DNA of 64,000 nucleotides from Bacillus subtilis subsp. subtilis str. 168 (GCF_000009045.1 NC_000964.3:2108001-2172000); one strand, 5' to 3'; numbered from the stretch's first letter, positions 11,393-22,008 are shown. Notes: a model not told the origin generated them from the sequence alone. Translations and numbers: made by a program.

Positions 11393-12751
11393 ATGAAAGA
11401 AACTCAAAACGCCCGGGAAAAAATCAAACAGCTCTTGCACATTTTAATACCGATATTCATTACCCAAGCGGGGCTTTCTCTGATCACTTTTCTAGATACT
11501 GTGATGTCAGGGAAAGTCAGCCCCGCTGATTTAGCTGGTGTCGCCATTGGCTCAAGCCTTTGGACCCCTGTTTACACAGGACTTGCAGGTATATTAATGG
11601 CGGTCACCCCGATTGTCGCTCAGTTATTAGGTGCAGAGAAAAAACAGAAGATTCCCTTTACTGTTTTACAAGCTGTATACGTGGCCGCGCTTCTTAGCAT
11701 CGCCGTTTTAGTGATTGGATATGCTGCAGTTGACCTTATTCTTGGCCGATTGAACCTTGATATTCACGTGCATCAGATTGCTAAACACTTTTTAGGCTTT
11801 TTATCACTGGGAATTTTCCCTTTATTTGTTTACACCGTGTTGAGATCATTCATCGACTCATTAGGAAAAACGAGAGTCACCATGATGATTACACTCAGTT
11901 CTCTTCCAATCAATTTTGTATTGAATTATGTATTTATCTTCGGGAAGTTCGGAATGCCGGCACTTGGAGGTGTAGGCGCGGGACTGGCATCCGCGTTAAC
12001 TTACTGGTGTATATGCATCATCAGTTTTTTCATTATTCATAAAAACGCACCGTTTTCTGAATACGGGATTTTTCTTACCATGTATAAGTTCTCTTGGAAA
12101 GCATGCAAAAATTTGCTCAAAATCGGGCTGCCTATTGGGTTCGCCGTGTTTTTTGAAACGAGCATTTTCGCAGCTGTCACGCTTCTCATGAGCCATTTTC
12201 ATACAGTGACCATCGCGTCCCACCAGGCAGCCATGAATTTTGCGTCTCTTTTATATATGCTGCCGCTTAGCGTGTCCATGGCTCTAACAATTGTTGTCGG
12301 ATTTGAAGCGGGTGCAGCCCGTTTTAAGGATGCACGCTCATATAGCTTAATCGGCATCATGATGGCGATCGGCTTTTCTTTGTTCACTGCCGCCTGTATC
12401 CTTTTATTCAGAGAGCAAATTGCGGGCATGTACACTTCTGACCCCGATGTGCTCCGGCTGACACAGCACTTTTTAATTTATGCGCTATTTTTTCAGCTTT
12501 CCGATGCTGTTGCCGCACCGATCCAGGGAGCACTCAGAGGGTACAAAGATGTGAACTATACGCTTGCGGCCGCTTTTGTCTCTTACTGGGTCATTGGCCT
12601 TCCGGTCGGTTATATGGTCGGTACGTTTACAAGCCTCGGTGCATTCGGCTATTGGATTGGATTAATAGCGGGACTCGCCGCCGGAGCAGTTGGGCTGTTT
12701 TTCAGGCTGGCAAAACTGCAAAAACGTTATTCGCAAAAACAACACATTTAA
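11393..12751 (+). CDS. yojI: MATE-family multidrug efflux transporter (NorM-like)
   Basis: 452 aa, about 12 hydrophobic segments, DTVMSG and FETSIF MATE-like motifs. Confidence 0.92.
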   Translation: MKETQNAREKIKQLLHILIPIFITQAGLSLITFLDTVMSGKVSPADLAGVAIGSSLWTPVYTGLAGILMAVTPIVAQLLGAEKKQKIPFTVLQAVYVAALLSIAVLVIGYAAVDLILGRLNLDIHVHQIAKHFLGFLSLGIFPLFVYTVLRSFIDSLGKTRVTMMITLSSLPINFVLNYVFIFGKFGMPALGGVGAGLASALTYWCICIISFFIIHKNAPFSEYGIFLTMYKFSWKACKNLLKIGLPIGFAVFFETSIFAAVTLLMSHFHTVTIASHQAAMNFASLLYMLPLSVSMALTIVVGFEAGAARFKDARSYSLIGIMMAIGFSLFTAACILLFREQIAGMYTSDPDVLRLTQHFLIYALFFQLSDAVAAPIQGALRGYKDVNYTLAAAFVSYWVIGLPVGYMVGTFTSLGAFGYWIGLIAGLAAGAVGLFFRLAKLQKRYSQKQHI

Positions 12752-12766
12752 AAGAGGTGATCAATC

Positions 12767-13615
12767 ATGGCAAAAAACAAAAAATTATTCGAGTATCTTT
12801 CCCAGCATGCGGAAACCATCAGTTCAACATGGTATGAAACAATCGAGGAGACTGATCCCAATTCCATTTATGCCTCAACAGACCCTGTTGTCATTCACAA
12901 TTTAAAGAGCCAGAATCTTGCCTTTAACTATAAAATAAACCGTATTTTTATAGATGATGAGGACGTATACTTGCCTATACTGAAAGAATGGGCCTTTGAA
13001 GTCACACAGGATCAAGAGCATTTAAAAACTCCTATCCACTATATTATTCGGGAGTTTGTCAGAGTGAGAGATTTATATGTTTCTTATGTGAAAGAATTTG
13101 TCCATCTCAATCAGAATACTGTGAAAAGCGAAGAAGCCGAAGACCTGTATCACGCCCTTATAAAAGCGTTTGATCTTGTGATTCATATTTTTATAGAAGA
13201 AATGTACAAAAACACAAGCCTTCAGCTTCAGGCCCAAAAAGATATGATTACTGAATTGAGCGCTCCGGTCATCGTGCTGTTTCACAGCGTCGGACTGCTG
13301 CCTTTAATCGGAGATATTGATACAGTCCGCGCCAAGCTGATTATGGAAAACACACTGCATCAATGTGCGAAAAAAAAGGTGACACAACTGTATATTGATT
13401 TGTCAGGAGTAGCTGTGATTGATACGATGGTTGCCCATCAGCTGTTCAGTCTGATTGAGGCGCTTCGTTTAATCGGTGTTTCTTCAACTTTGTCTGGAAT
13501 CCGTCCGGAAATCGCGCAAACAGCGGTTCAGCTAGGTTTGTCTTTCGAAGGTATTTCCTTGAGATCCACTCTCGCTTCAGCTATTGCATCGGACTTAAAA
13601 TTAAAAAAGGTATAA
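12767..13615 (+). CDS. rsbRC: Stressosome RsbR paralog (C-terminal STAS domain)
   Basis: ELSAPVI...LPLIGDIDTVRA...IDLSGVAVIDT STAS signature. Confidence 0.93.
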   Translation: MAKNKKLFEYLSQHAETISSTWYETIEETDPNSIYASTDPVVIHNLKSQNLAFNYKINRIFIDDEDVYLPILKEWAFEVTQDQEHLKTPIHYIIREFVRVRDLYVSYVKEFVHLNQNTVKSEEAEDLYHALIKAFDLVIHIFIEEMYKNTSLQLQAQKDMITELSAPVIVLFHSVGLLPLIGDIDTVRAKLIMENTLHQCAKKKVTQLYIDLSGVAVIDTMVAHQLFSLIEALRLIGVSSTLSGIRPEIAQTAVQLGLSFEGISLRSTLASAIASDLKLKKV

Positions 13616-13638
13616 GGCTTAAGGCCTTATACCTTTTT
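13603..13638. terminator. Bidirectional terminator rsbRC/bshB2
   Basis: AAAAAAGGTATAAGGC-TTAA-GGCCTTATACCTTTTT. Confidence 0.85.
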
Positions 13639-13640
13639 GA

Positions 13641-14306
13641 TTAATCATTCCATTGATACGTCCAATATATTTCTTCTTCAAACCATGTTGCCATAACAGG
13701 TTCATTATTTTTCAATTTCTCTTCAAGCTCTCTGAGCATGCCTTCTGTTTGTGTGCGGTGAGCTCTTAACGCATTCATTTTAATATCAGCTACTTCTTTG
13801 ATATCAAGTACGACATCAGCTTCGCCGAGAACCTCTTCTCTGTTGCGGGTAATGGCCATGCAGATTGTACGCGGACGGTCTTCTTTCTTTTTGCGGTATA
13901 ATGCACGGATAACCGCTTCCCCGCATGCATCATGGTCAGGGTGCACACCGTGTCCGGGATAAAATGTGACAATTAAACTTGGTTTTACATCATCTATGAT
14001 CTCTTCCATGATATCAGCTAAATACTCATCGTCTTCAAATTCGAGCGTTTTGTCACGGAGTCCAAGCATCCGAAGGTCATTGATATCCATTTCTTTGCAA
14101 GCGTTGATGAGCTCTTGTTTTCTTAGCAGCGGCAACGTTTCCCGATTCGCGAAAAATGGATCGCCCATATTTCTGCCCATTTCACCTAAAGTGGCGCAGG
14201 CATACGTAACGGGAATGTCTTTTTTTCTGTTTAAGGCAATGAGGCCTGCCACTCCATATGATTCATCATCAGGGTGAGGCAGGATTACTAGTACATGTTC
14301 TTTCAT
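13641..14306 (-). CDS. bshB2: Bacillithiol biosynthesis deacetylase (PIG-L family)
   Basis: PHPDDE and HPDH zinc motifs. Confidence 0.94.
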   Translation of the reverse strand: MKEHVLVILPHPDDESYGVAGLIALNRKKDIPVTYACATLGEMGRNMGDPFFANRETLPLLRKQELINACKEMDINDLRMLGLRDKTLEFEDDEYLADIMEEIIDDVKPSLIVTFYPGHGVHPDHDACGEAVIRALYRKKKEDRPRTICMAITRNREEVLGEADVVLDIKEVADIKMNALRAHRTQTEGMLRELEEKLKNNEPVMATWFEEEIYWTYQWND

Positions 14307-14324
14307 TATTATTCACCCTTTTCT

Positions 14325-14675
14325 TTAAACTGTGAACGGTTTTTCGCTGATTTGCAGAGAAATAGCCAGTTTACCGCCCGGCAGGTGTCCCGCCATTAAT
14401 AAACGGTTTTCTTCATCTACCGTGTATTCAGTCAAGCCTTCAGCATAAATCCAGCCTTCTTCTGTTTTCAAGCCAACGCGGTAAGGCCCGTTGCCTTTGA
14501 TTTTTGCCTGATGATAAGTGACTTTTGCATTGCGAATATACGCAACAACCGTCATGTTCTTTTCATTTAAGTGCGCTGAATAAGAACCTGTGGTGGTTTC
14601 TAAATGGATATATACAGGGCGGTCCGCATATCGTTCTAAAGATGCTTGCACATCTTCTTTTATGATCGCTTTCAT
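14325..14675 (-). CDS. yojF: YojF-family conserved protein
   Basis: 116 aa ORF coupled to bshB2; recognised sequence. Confidence 0.85.
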   Translation of the reverse strand: MKAIIKEDVQASLERYADRPVYIHLETTTGSYSAHLNEKNMTVVAYIRNAKVTYHQAKIKGNGPYRVGLKTEEGWIYAEGLTEYTVDEENRLLMAGHLPGGKLAISLQISEKPFTV

Positions 14676-14950
14676 GATTGCTCCCCTCTTTCTTCTTTTA
14701 AATACTCTGCACGTTCTGTATGTAATTTGACCAGCTGATATTTCACAGCCGGTTCGAGCTGTGAATTCACAATGCGCTGAATCGCGGCAAAATATTTTTC
14801 CAGCATCGGTTTTCGGAGTCTTGGATGTGTTCGTTTATCCAAGAGCTCAAGATCAATCGCCTCTGCTACCGCTTCTGCGTCATCATGTGCGAGAGATCGG
14901 TTATTCCAAAGTGAAGCATAGGCTTTCACTATCTCTTTATCATTGTCCAT
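14672..14950 (-). CDS. yoyC: Small hypothetical protein
   Basis: 92 aa ORF overlapping yojF start (ATGA). Confidence 0.8.
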   Translation of the reverse strand: MDNDKEIVKAYASLWNNRSLAHDDAEAVAEAIDLELLDKRTHPRLRKPMLEKYFAAIQRIVNSQLEPAVKYQLVKLHTERAEYLKEERGEQS

Positions 14951-15025
14951 CGTCTTGCTCCTTTATGTCTTACATACATGAAATGATTATACATAATATA
15001 TGCATCAGCTGAAAAGCCAAAGGCC

Positions 15026-15922
15026 TCAATGGCTTTTTGACGCCCGTTTCCACTTCACTTGTGAAAACGTAAACAAGAGCAGCGCAGCCCATATACAGCT
15101 GAATGTAAAAGCCTTCGAGCTTGAAAATGGCTCATGGTAAACAAACAGCCCGATCAGCAGGGTAATGGTCGGCGCAATATATTGTAAGATACCGACTTGA
15201 TACAGTGGCAGCCGTTTCGCTCCTTCCGCAAACAATAAGAGCGGCAAAGCCGTAAACACACCGGCCAAAAAGAGAAGCAGCCACGTCCCTCCGCTTTCTG
15301 CACCCGCTGGCTGAACATGTCCGCTGAACAGCAAATACCCCAATGCAATGGGCATAATCATGAATGTTTCCAGCGTTAAACCGATGGCGCTCGGCAGGCT
15401 TGTTCTTTTTTTGCTTAACCCGTACAGCCCAAAGCTGAATGCGAGCAGAAGCGCAACATAAGGAATGGAGCCGTATTGGAACGCCGAGATGATGACACCG
15501 GCTGCCGCAATCGAAACGGCCACTAATTGCAGGCGATTCAGTTTTTCCTTTAAAAATAAAATCCCAAGGAGCACTGATACAAGCGGATTAATGTAATAGC
15601 CAAGACTAGCCTCAAGCAAAAAGCCATGGTTGACAGCCCATATGTATACAAACCAGTTGATCGAAATCAGGATAGAAGCAAGAAATAAAGAGAGGATCCC
15701 TCCGTTCTTTTTCAGAGAGCGCAACTCCTGCCATCCTATTTTCCATTGCCGCAAGAAAAAAAGTACGATACACATAAAAACAAAAGACCATATAATACGA
15801 TGAGCCAAAATATCAAGAGCCGGCAGCTGTTCGAGAAGCTTCCAATAGAGCGGAAACAGGCCCCACATGATAAATGAAACGGCTGTGTAAATAACGCCTT
15901 TTTTTGTTTCTGCATGTTGCAT
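15026..15922 (-). CDS. yojE: RarD/EamA-family DMT transporter
   Basis: About 10 TM segments; ASLGYYINPL motif. Confidence 0.9.
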   Translation of the reverse strand: MQHAETKKGVIYTAVSFIMWGLFPLYWKLLEQLPALDILAHRIIWSFVFMCIVLFFLRQWKIGWQELRSLKKNGGILSLFLASILISINWFVYIWAVNHGFLLEASLGYYINPLVSVLLGILFLKEKLNRLQLVAVSIAAAGVIISAFQYGSIPYVALLLAFSFGLYGLSKKRTSLPSAIGLTLETFMIMPIALGYLLFSGHVQPAGAESGGTWLLLFLAGVFTALPLLLFAEGAKRLPLYQVGILQYIAPTITLLIGLFVYHEPFSSSKAFTFSCIWAALLLFTFSQVKWKRASKSH

Positions 15923-16020
15923 TGATATCCCTGCCTTTCTTTAGAGCATCTTATATTATATCACGTGAAAGATCTGGTGGGCATATACTATTTTGTCCGT
16001 GAAGAAAGGATGTGAAGACA

Positions 16021-16494
16021 ATGTTTGAGTGGAACAAGTACTTTCCTTTCCACAATCAATTTTCTAAAGAAGCATTAAAAAAAGCTGATCCGAAAGAAGT
16101 TGAAACGTATGTCAATCGTGTGATGGAAAGTGTGTTCGGCAGTGATTATGCGGCTCAATTTCCTTTCCGCGATCCTCTCCCCCAAAAAGAACATCCCGCC
16201 AAACCTGATGCAAAACCTGATGTCAAACCTGATATTGATATATTCGAAACAGCAGACCATGTGTTTGTAAAGGTGCCAATCAGCGAAGAATGGCTGGAAC
16301 AAGTGAGAATCAAACACACATCTCACGAATTATGGTTGGAAAACCTCCCAAGAGCAGATCATCCGAAAAAAGTAAACCTTCCTTGTTTAGTCAAACGCAA
16401 AGGAACAAAAGCCGTCTATAAGGATGGCCTTCTGGAAGTCATGTTTCAAAAGCAGCAAGACTACAATATGTCCGAGGTAGAAATCATCCGATAA
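16021..16494 (+). CDS. gerT: Spore coat/germination protein with C-terminal Hsp20-like domain
   Basis: ATG 16021 behind AAAGGA; DIFET...YKDGLLEV alpha-crystallin-like segment. Confidence 0.88.
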   Translation: MFEWNKYFPFHNQFSKEALKKADPKEVETYVNRVMESVFGSDYAAQFPFRDPLPQKEHPAKPDAKPDVKPDIDIFETADHVFVKVPISEEWLEQVRIKHTSHELWLENLPRADHPKKVNLPCLVKRKGTKAVYKDGLLEVMFQKQQDYNMSEVEIIR

Positions 16495-16527
16495 AAAACG
16501 GCCTGCAATCGATGCAGGCCGTTTTTT
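16493..16527. terminator. Bidirectional terminator gerT/yojB
   Basis: AAAAAACGGCCTGCA-ATCGA-TGCAGGCCGTTTTTT. Confidence 0.85.
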
Positions 16528-16528
16528 A

Positions 16529-16765
16529 TTAATAGAAGCCGGGATATCCCCCGTATGGCACGCCGGCACCAAAACCGTACGGTCCGCCTCCATATCCATA
16601 AGGGCCAGGAGGATAGGCATAGGGACGAGAATAGTTAAACAGCGCACTCCCGAGAAAACCGCCTAATAAACCGCCGACTAGAGGAGCGCCAAACAAAAAA
16701 GGACTACGCGCCGGATATCCGGCTGGACCTGGGATTCCGCGTAAATACGAATGATGAGGGTACAT
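16529..16765 (-). CDS. yojB: Gly/Tyr/Pro-rich small (probably spore-associated) protein
   Basis: 78 aa, GPYG repeats and a central hydrophobic segment. Confidence 0.82.
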   Translation of the reverse strand: MYPHHSYLRGIPGPAGYPARSPFLFGAPLVGGLLGGFLGSALFNYSRPYAYPPGPYGYGGGPYGFGAGVPYGGYPGFY

Positions 16766-16849
16766 GATTTTTTCCTCCTTTATGTCTGCCTATACGTAAA
16801 GTATTCAGCAAGGAAGAAAAACGATTGGGCTACGGACTGTCTATGATTG

Positions 16850-18184
16850 TTACATCACAAGCCCTGCCAATAACACACAGCCGAGCCCTGTAACCGAAAG
16901 AACTGTTGTAAGCAGCGTCCAGGTTTGAAATGTTTCTTTCATGCTCAAGCCGAAAAATTCCTTTACCATCCAAAATCCTGCATCATTTACATGACACGCA
17001 ATGACACTGCCGGCTCCTGTTGCAAGCACCATTAACGCAGGGTTTACACTGCCAGCCTCCATAAGCGGAGCTGCCATTCCCGCTGTGGTAAGCGCAGCCA
17101 CGGTAGCAGAGCCTAGACACAGACGCAGAACCGCGGCGATGGTCCATGCAACGAATAGCGGCGACATGTTTGTTTGACGGAAAAAATCAGCGACATAATC
17201 GCCGACTCCGCCGTCAATCAGCACCTGTTTAAACGCTCCTCCCCCTCCTATGATGAGCAGCATCATCGCAATTTGCGAAATTGATTCTGAAATAGATCTG
17301 CCGATTTCCTGCATAGATATTTTACGGGCATATCCCATCGTATAGAGTGCAAGCAACAGCGAAATGAGCATTGCCGTTCCCGGAGTGCCGATAAATTCTA
17401 TAATGTCTTTTCCTTTTGAATGTTCACTCAATAATAAAGAAAAAATTGTTGCCATTGCCATAAAGATAACCGGGAATAAAGACGTGACAGCACTGATCGC
17501 AAAGCCCGGTGTTTCATCCAGCTGAAATTCTTTCCTTGGTCCTAACCCCGATAGGTTTCCATGCTTTTGATACGCACCAGGAAACCGTTTCATCGCAAAT
17601 TTATTAAATAAAGGCCCGGCAATCACAGTTGTCGGAACAGCGATGATGATTCCAAAAAGCAGCACCTGGCCAATATGGGCACCATATGCAACTGAGATAG
17701 CAGTTGGAGCAGGATGCGGGGGCAAAAATCCGTGAGTAACATTTAAGGCGGCGGCCATCGGGATTCCCAGATACAGAAAAGGCATTTTTAATTCTTTAGC
17801 AATCGCGTAAACAATCGGTATCAACAGAACAAGACCGACTTCAAAAAATAGGGCAATCCCGATGATAAAAGAGGCAACCACAACCGCCGCCTGTATTCGT
17901 TTCCTCCCGAATTTGTCAATCAGCGTAATGGCGATCCGGTAGCCGCCCCCAGCATCTGAGACAAGCCTCCCAAGCATCGCGCCAAGTCCAAACACTAAAG
18001 CTAAATGCCCCAGCTGCCCGCCAATTCCAGTCTCAATTGAAAGAACAATTTTATTGATATCCATTCCAAGTCCGATGGCTACTAAAAATGAAACGACAAT
18101 CAGTGAGACAAAGGTATTTAATTTTACTTTAATAATGAGAAATAACAGAATCAGCACTCCGACAGCTACAATTAAAATCGGCAT
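16850..18184 (-). CDS. yojA: GntP-family H+/sugar-acid permease
   Basis: HGFLPPHPAP and HVNDAGFW GntP motifs. Confidence 0.92.
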   Translation of the reverse strand: MPILIVAVGVLILLFLIIKVKLNTFVSLIVVSFLVAIGLGMDINKIVLSIETGIGGQLGHLALVFGLGAMLGRLVSDAGGGYRIAITLIDKFGRKRIQAAVVVASFIIGIALFFEVGLVLLIPIVYAIAKELKMPFLYLGIPMAAALNVTHGFLPPHPAPTAISVAYGAHIGQVLLFGIIIAVPTTVIAGPLFNKFAMKRFPGAYQKHGNLSGLGPRKEFQLDETPGFAISAVTSLFPVIFMAMATIFSLLLSEHSKGKDIIEFIGTPGTAMLISLLLALYTMGYARKISMQEIGRSISESISQIAMMLLIIGGGGAFKQVLIDGGVGDYVADFFRQTNMSPLFVAWTIAAVLRLCLGSATVAALTTAGMAAPLMEAGSVNPALMVLATGAGSVIACHVNDAGFWMVKEFFGLSMKETFQTWTLLTTVLSVTGLGCVLLAGLVM

Positions 18185-18254
18185 GGTACCCCTCCAAAAG
18201 TGTTTTATATGATTCTCGCGACAATGTTTTGGCGCTTTTCATGCCTAGATGAAC

Positions 18255-18268
18255 AGAAAGCGCTTTCA
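18255..18268 (-). promoter_or_regulatory. cre site upstream of yojA
   Basis: TGAAAGCGCTTTCT on the minus strand, near-perfect cre palindrome. Confidence 0.7.
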
Positions 18269-18548
18269 TTAATAACTAAAAACGTCTTGGTTATATGATT
18301 GTTATCTTTTGATCAACTAATATGTTCATACTAATCTCCTAATCAATGACTGTCAATCGTTTTTATGAGCTTGTCTCGATTACCTACCGCCTAACCCAAT
18401 GATTTATTAGTTATATGTTGATTAACTTTTGGTTATATGTTATGTTTTTTAAAGTTGACTGCCAATCATTATATCTCTCCATTGTCTGGAAGCAAATGAG
18501 ACAATATGAGAACAGACGGATAACAACTTCATAAGAGGAGGAGTACAC

Positions 18549-18938
18549 ATGCCATTATTGCGTTTTGATGTAATTGAGGGCCGTGATGAAAAATCGCTGC
18601 AATTGTTATTAGATACTGCTCACCAAGCGATGGTTGAAGCATTTGGTGTTCCGGAAAGAGACCGTTATCAAATTGTCCATCAGCATCCCGCAAACGAGCT
18701 TATAATCCAGGATGCGGGATTAGGGTTTCAGAGAACCAAGGATATGGTCATCATTAGCATGACAAGCAAAGCAAGAACCGAAAGCCAAAAGGAAAAATTG
18801 TATGCTCTGCTTGCTGAAAGGCTAGAAAAAAAATGCGAAATTTCCCCTGACGACCTCATGGTATCTATTACTGAGAATGGTGACGCAGACTGGAGTTTCG
18901 GTCTCGGTGAGGCGCAATTTTTGAATGGAAAACTATAA
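18549..18938 (+). CDS. yodA: Tautomerase superfamily protein (cis-CaaD-like size)
   Basis: N-terminal Pro (MPLLRFD), 129 aa. Confidence 0.88.
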
Positions 18939-19344
18939 GATTTCGTCTCCCCACAAAAAAAAGAAGAGAGAGCTCCAAAGAAGCTCTCTCTTTTTTCATA
19001 AATGCGGAAGTCATCAGTATAGAAGCATCCAGCAATACGAAAAACCTGGATCTCCTTTTATATCCGGTTTAAATGCCAATTGGAAGCTGACTGGGTTTTG
19101 GCTGAAAATATAAAATTTTGCTGATTTGCATAATAAGATACATCATAATCCCCATTTACAATAGGTTGGATGTTATAGCTTATTGATCATTTCCTATTTT
19201 ATATATCCCCTTCATATGCACATGACATTTTTGCCAATCCGGAAATATCAGTCTGACAAATATAAAAAGTCATGTAAACGGGTGTGAACCGTACTTACAT
19301 GACTCACCATGGAAACAAAGGCTCTTTTTCAGGTGCCGCTTTCC

Positions 19345-19683
19345 TTATTTCTCTTCTTCACACACTGTGTCACCAGGCTCGCAAAATTGATCGGCCCATG
19401 CCTGCATTTCTTGAAATACAGCTTGAAGCGCTGTTCCTTTTTCAGTCAGCGTGTAGATGACTTTGACCGGCGTTTCAGGGAGAACCTGCCGTTCGACAAT
19501 CTCGTTTTGTTCAAGCTCCTTCAAGCGCTCTGCCAACATTTTTTGGCTGATCATCGGTATTGTTTCCGTTATCTCTTTAAACCGTTTCGGCCCATCCATT
19601 AGCACATGGATGATCAGACCGTTCCATCGTTTTCCCAGCAATGAGAATGCGGATTCCATTTTAGGGCACATCGTATTTCCCAT
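19345..19683 (-). CDS. yodB: HxlR/DUF24 MarR-type redox-sensing repressor
   Basis: N-terminal Cys (MCPK), KRWNGLI, LTEKG wing. Confidence 0.94.
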   Translation of the reverse strand: MGNTMCPKMESAFSLLGKRWNGLIIHVLMDGPKRFKEITETIPMISQKMLAERLKELEQNEIVERQVLPETPVKVIYTLTEKGTALQAVFQEMQAWADQFCEPGDTVCEEEK

Positions 19684-19812
19684 AAGTCTTCATCCCTTCA
19701 TCTATTGATTGACATGTATTCAATGATCCATTACAATAATCTTTCAAGTTACATTTAGTAAGCTTCTAACTTTTCTATTATCATACCACGTTTATCCGAA
19801 GGAGGAAACACT

Positions 19813-20421
19813 ATGACGAATACTCTGGATGTTTTAAAAGCACGTGCATCTGTAAAGGAATATGATACAAATGCCCCGATCTCTAAGGAGGAGCTGACTG
19901 AGCTATTAGACCTTGCCACTAAAGCGCCTTCTGCTTGGAACCTTCAGCATTGGCATTTTACAGTATTCCACAGCGATGAATCAAAAGCGGAGCTTCTTCC
20001 TGTAGCGTATAATCAAAAACAAATCGTTGAGTCTTCTGCTGTTGTTGCCATTTTAGGCGATTTAAAGGCAAATGAAAACGGTGAAGAAGTTTATGCTGAA
20101 TTAGCAAGCCAAGGCTATATTACGGATGAAATCAAACAAACATTGCTCGGCCAAATCAACGGTGCTTACCAAAGCGAGCAATTCGCACGTGATTCCGCTT
20201 TCTTAAATGCTTCTTTAGCTGCTATGCAGCTTATGATTGCCGCAAAAGCAAAAGGTTATGACACTTGCGCAATCGGCGGATTTAACAAAGAGCAGTTCCA
20301 AAAGCAATTTGATATCAGTGAGCGCTATGTTCCGGTTATGCTTATTTCAATCGGCAAAGCAGTGAAGCCTGCGCATCAAAGCAACCGTCTGCCGCTTTCA
20401 AAAGTATCAACTTGGCTGTAA
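19813..20421 (+). CDS. yodC: Nitroreductase
   Basis: RASVK and APSAWNLQHW motifs; divergent from yodB. Confidence 0.93.
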   Translation: MTNTLDVLKARASVKEYDTNAPISKEELTELLDLATKAPSAWNLQHWHFTVFHSDESKAELLPVAYNQKQIVESSAVVAILGDLKANENGEEVYAELASQGYITDEIKQTLLGQINGAYQSEQFARDSAFLNASLAAMQLMIAAKAKGYDTCAIGGFNKEQFQKQFDISERYVPVMLISIGKAVKPAHQSNRLPLSKVSTWL

Positions 20422-20428
20422 GGATATG

Positions 20429-20464
20429 AAAAACCTTAGTCCGAAATCCGGACTAAGGTTTTTT
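20429..20464. terminator. Bidirectional terminator yodC/mhqD
   Basis: AAAAACCTTAGTCCG-loop-CGGACTAAGGTTTTTT. Confidence 0.85.
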
Positions 20465-21066
20465 TATACAATCGCCTCTTTGTACCATTCACGAGCCTGT
20501 TCAGCTTCATGCTGAGTCAGCTGATGGCCCCCGTCCTGCCAGTAAACGGAGGCTGATGCCCCGCTGTCACGCAAATAGCGGTAAAGCTCTTCTGATTCTT
20601 CCTTCGTGCAAAGAGGATCGTATTTCCCGGCACCGATAAAAACAGGGAGCCCCGCCATATCAGGCAGCTCGATACCCCGAATCGGAACCATTGGATGATG
20701 CAGAATAGCCCCTTTTAACACATCTTTATAATGAAAAAGCAGGCTTGCCGCAATGTTTGCGCCGTTTGAATAACCGACTGCAATCACTCGGCCGCGATTA
20801 AACTGATGCGTTTCTGCAGCCTCGTCGATAAAATCTTTCAATTCTCTTGTCCGCACCACAAGATCCTTTTCATCAAAAACTCCTTCACTCAGACGTTTGA
20901 AAAATCGCGGCATTCCATTTTCAAGCACCGATCCTCTGACACCAAGCAAATGGGCATCAGGGTCTATAAACCGCCCCAATGAAAGCAGATCGTGTTCATT
21001 ACCACCCGTGCCATGCAACAGCAAAAGTACGTTGTCAGATGTTCCTTTCTCATAAATATGCTTCAT
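20464..21066 (-). CDS. mhqD: Alpha/beta hydrolase (carboxylesterase-like)
   Basis: LLHGTGG and GYSNG nucleophile elbow (yodD). Confidence 0.9.
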   Translation of the reverse strand: MKHIYEKGTSDNVLLLLHGTGGNEHDLLSLGRFIDPDAHLLGVRGSVLENGMPRFFKRLSEGVFDEKDLVVRTRELKDFIDEAAETHQFNRGRVIAVGYSNGANIAASLLFHYKDVLKGAILHHPMVPIRGIELPDMAGLPVFIGAGKYDPLCTKEESEELYRYLRDSGASASVYWQDGGHQLTQHEAEQAREWYKEAIV

Positions 21067-21081
21067 TATAAATTCCCCCTT

Positions 21082-21993
21082 TTAAAGTTCAGGTAAAATG
21101 TCTGTAATTTGTTGTCTATGTTTCTCCAGCCATTCAGGCAGTTTTAAGGAAGTCCCTAGCTCAGCAAACGTTTCATCTGTCATAAAGCCCGGTTCATCTG
21201 TGGCAATTTCAAATAAGATACCGCCTTTCTCCCTAAAATAAACTGATGTAAAGTATTCCCTGTCGAGAATTTCTGACGAAGGCAGATGGTTTTCAGCAAT
21301 AATCGGCAGCCATTTCGCCTGTTCCTTTTTCTTAGTCCGAAACGCTACATGGTGTACCGTACCATATCCTCCGACTCCTCTTTTTTCAGGATGTAAATGG
21401 ACATCAATGACACCGCCGACCGCCGCTGAAGATGCCAGTCTGACAATCTGGTCTTCTTCGGCCACTTTGGTGTATCCAAAGCTTTCCGTTAACAATTGTA
21501 TGGTCGCCTGCGGGTCGTAGGAATATAGCAGCACACCTTTCATTCCCGTAATTGCTTCATTTGTTGTGATCCCGTCAGGCGTCCACTCGCTTTTGCCGCT
21601 TTTCGCATCCTCCATGATCGCCAGCGGAAGGTCTTCTGTATCATCAAAAATAAGACCTTTTTCACCAAACAACGTTTTTTCCTCTAGGCTCAGCCCGCTT
21701 TTCTCAAGACGTTCCTTCCAAAAAGACAGGGAGCCTGAGGGAACTGAAAAGTACACCCGGCCCGCTTGGCCTTTTCCTACCGTTCCCTGTCCGCTTCCTT
21801 GGAACGGAAAAAAGGTCATTATTGTACCGGGATCTCCGTTTTGATTCCCAAAGTAAAAATGATACGTTCCGGGATCATCAAAGTTTACTGTTTTTTTAAC
21901 GAGCCTGAGCCCAAGCACTTCTGTATAAAATCGCAAGTTTTCTTGCGGATCTCTGGCGAATGCTGTGACATGGTGCAATCCTTCTGTTTTCAT
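21082..21993 (-). CDS. mhqE: Glyoxalase/ring-cleaving dioxygenase
   Basis: LHHVT, VHHVAF, REYFTSVYF, FEIAT motifs (yodE). Confidence 0.92.
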   Translation of the reverse strand: MKTEGLHHVTAFARDPQENLRFYTEVLGLRLVKKTVNFDDPGTYHFYFGNQNGDPGTIMTFFPFQGSGQGTVGKGQAGRVYFSVPSGSLSFWKERLEKSGLSLEEKTLFGEKGLIFDDTEDLPLAIMEDAKSGKSEWTPDGITTNEAITGMKGVLLYSYDPQATIQLLTESFGYTKVAEEDQIVRLASSAAVGGVIDVHLHPEKRGVGGYGTVHHVAFRTKKKEQAKWLPIIAENHLPSSEILDREYFTSVYFREKGGILFEIATDEPGFMTDETFAELGTSLKLPEWLEKHRQQITDILPEL

Positions 21994-22008
21994 TTTCTCA
22001 CTCCTATT

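Noticed and set aside
16200-16240. 12-bp AAACCTGATG-type tandem repeat in gerT (KPDAKPDVKPDID)
   Set aside because: Coding low-complexity linker, not a CRISPR-like or regulatory array.
19000-19260. ORF-poor spacer between the yodA and yodB terminators, with an isolated AAAAGGAG on the minus strand
   Set aside because: No well-spaced start codon or clear promoter; a possible sRNA cannot be supported from sequence alone.
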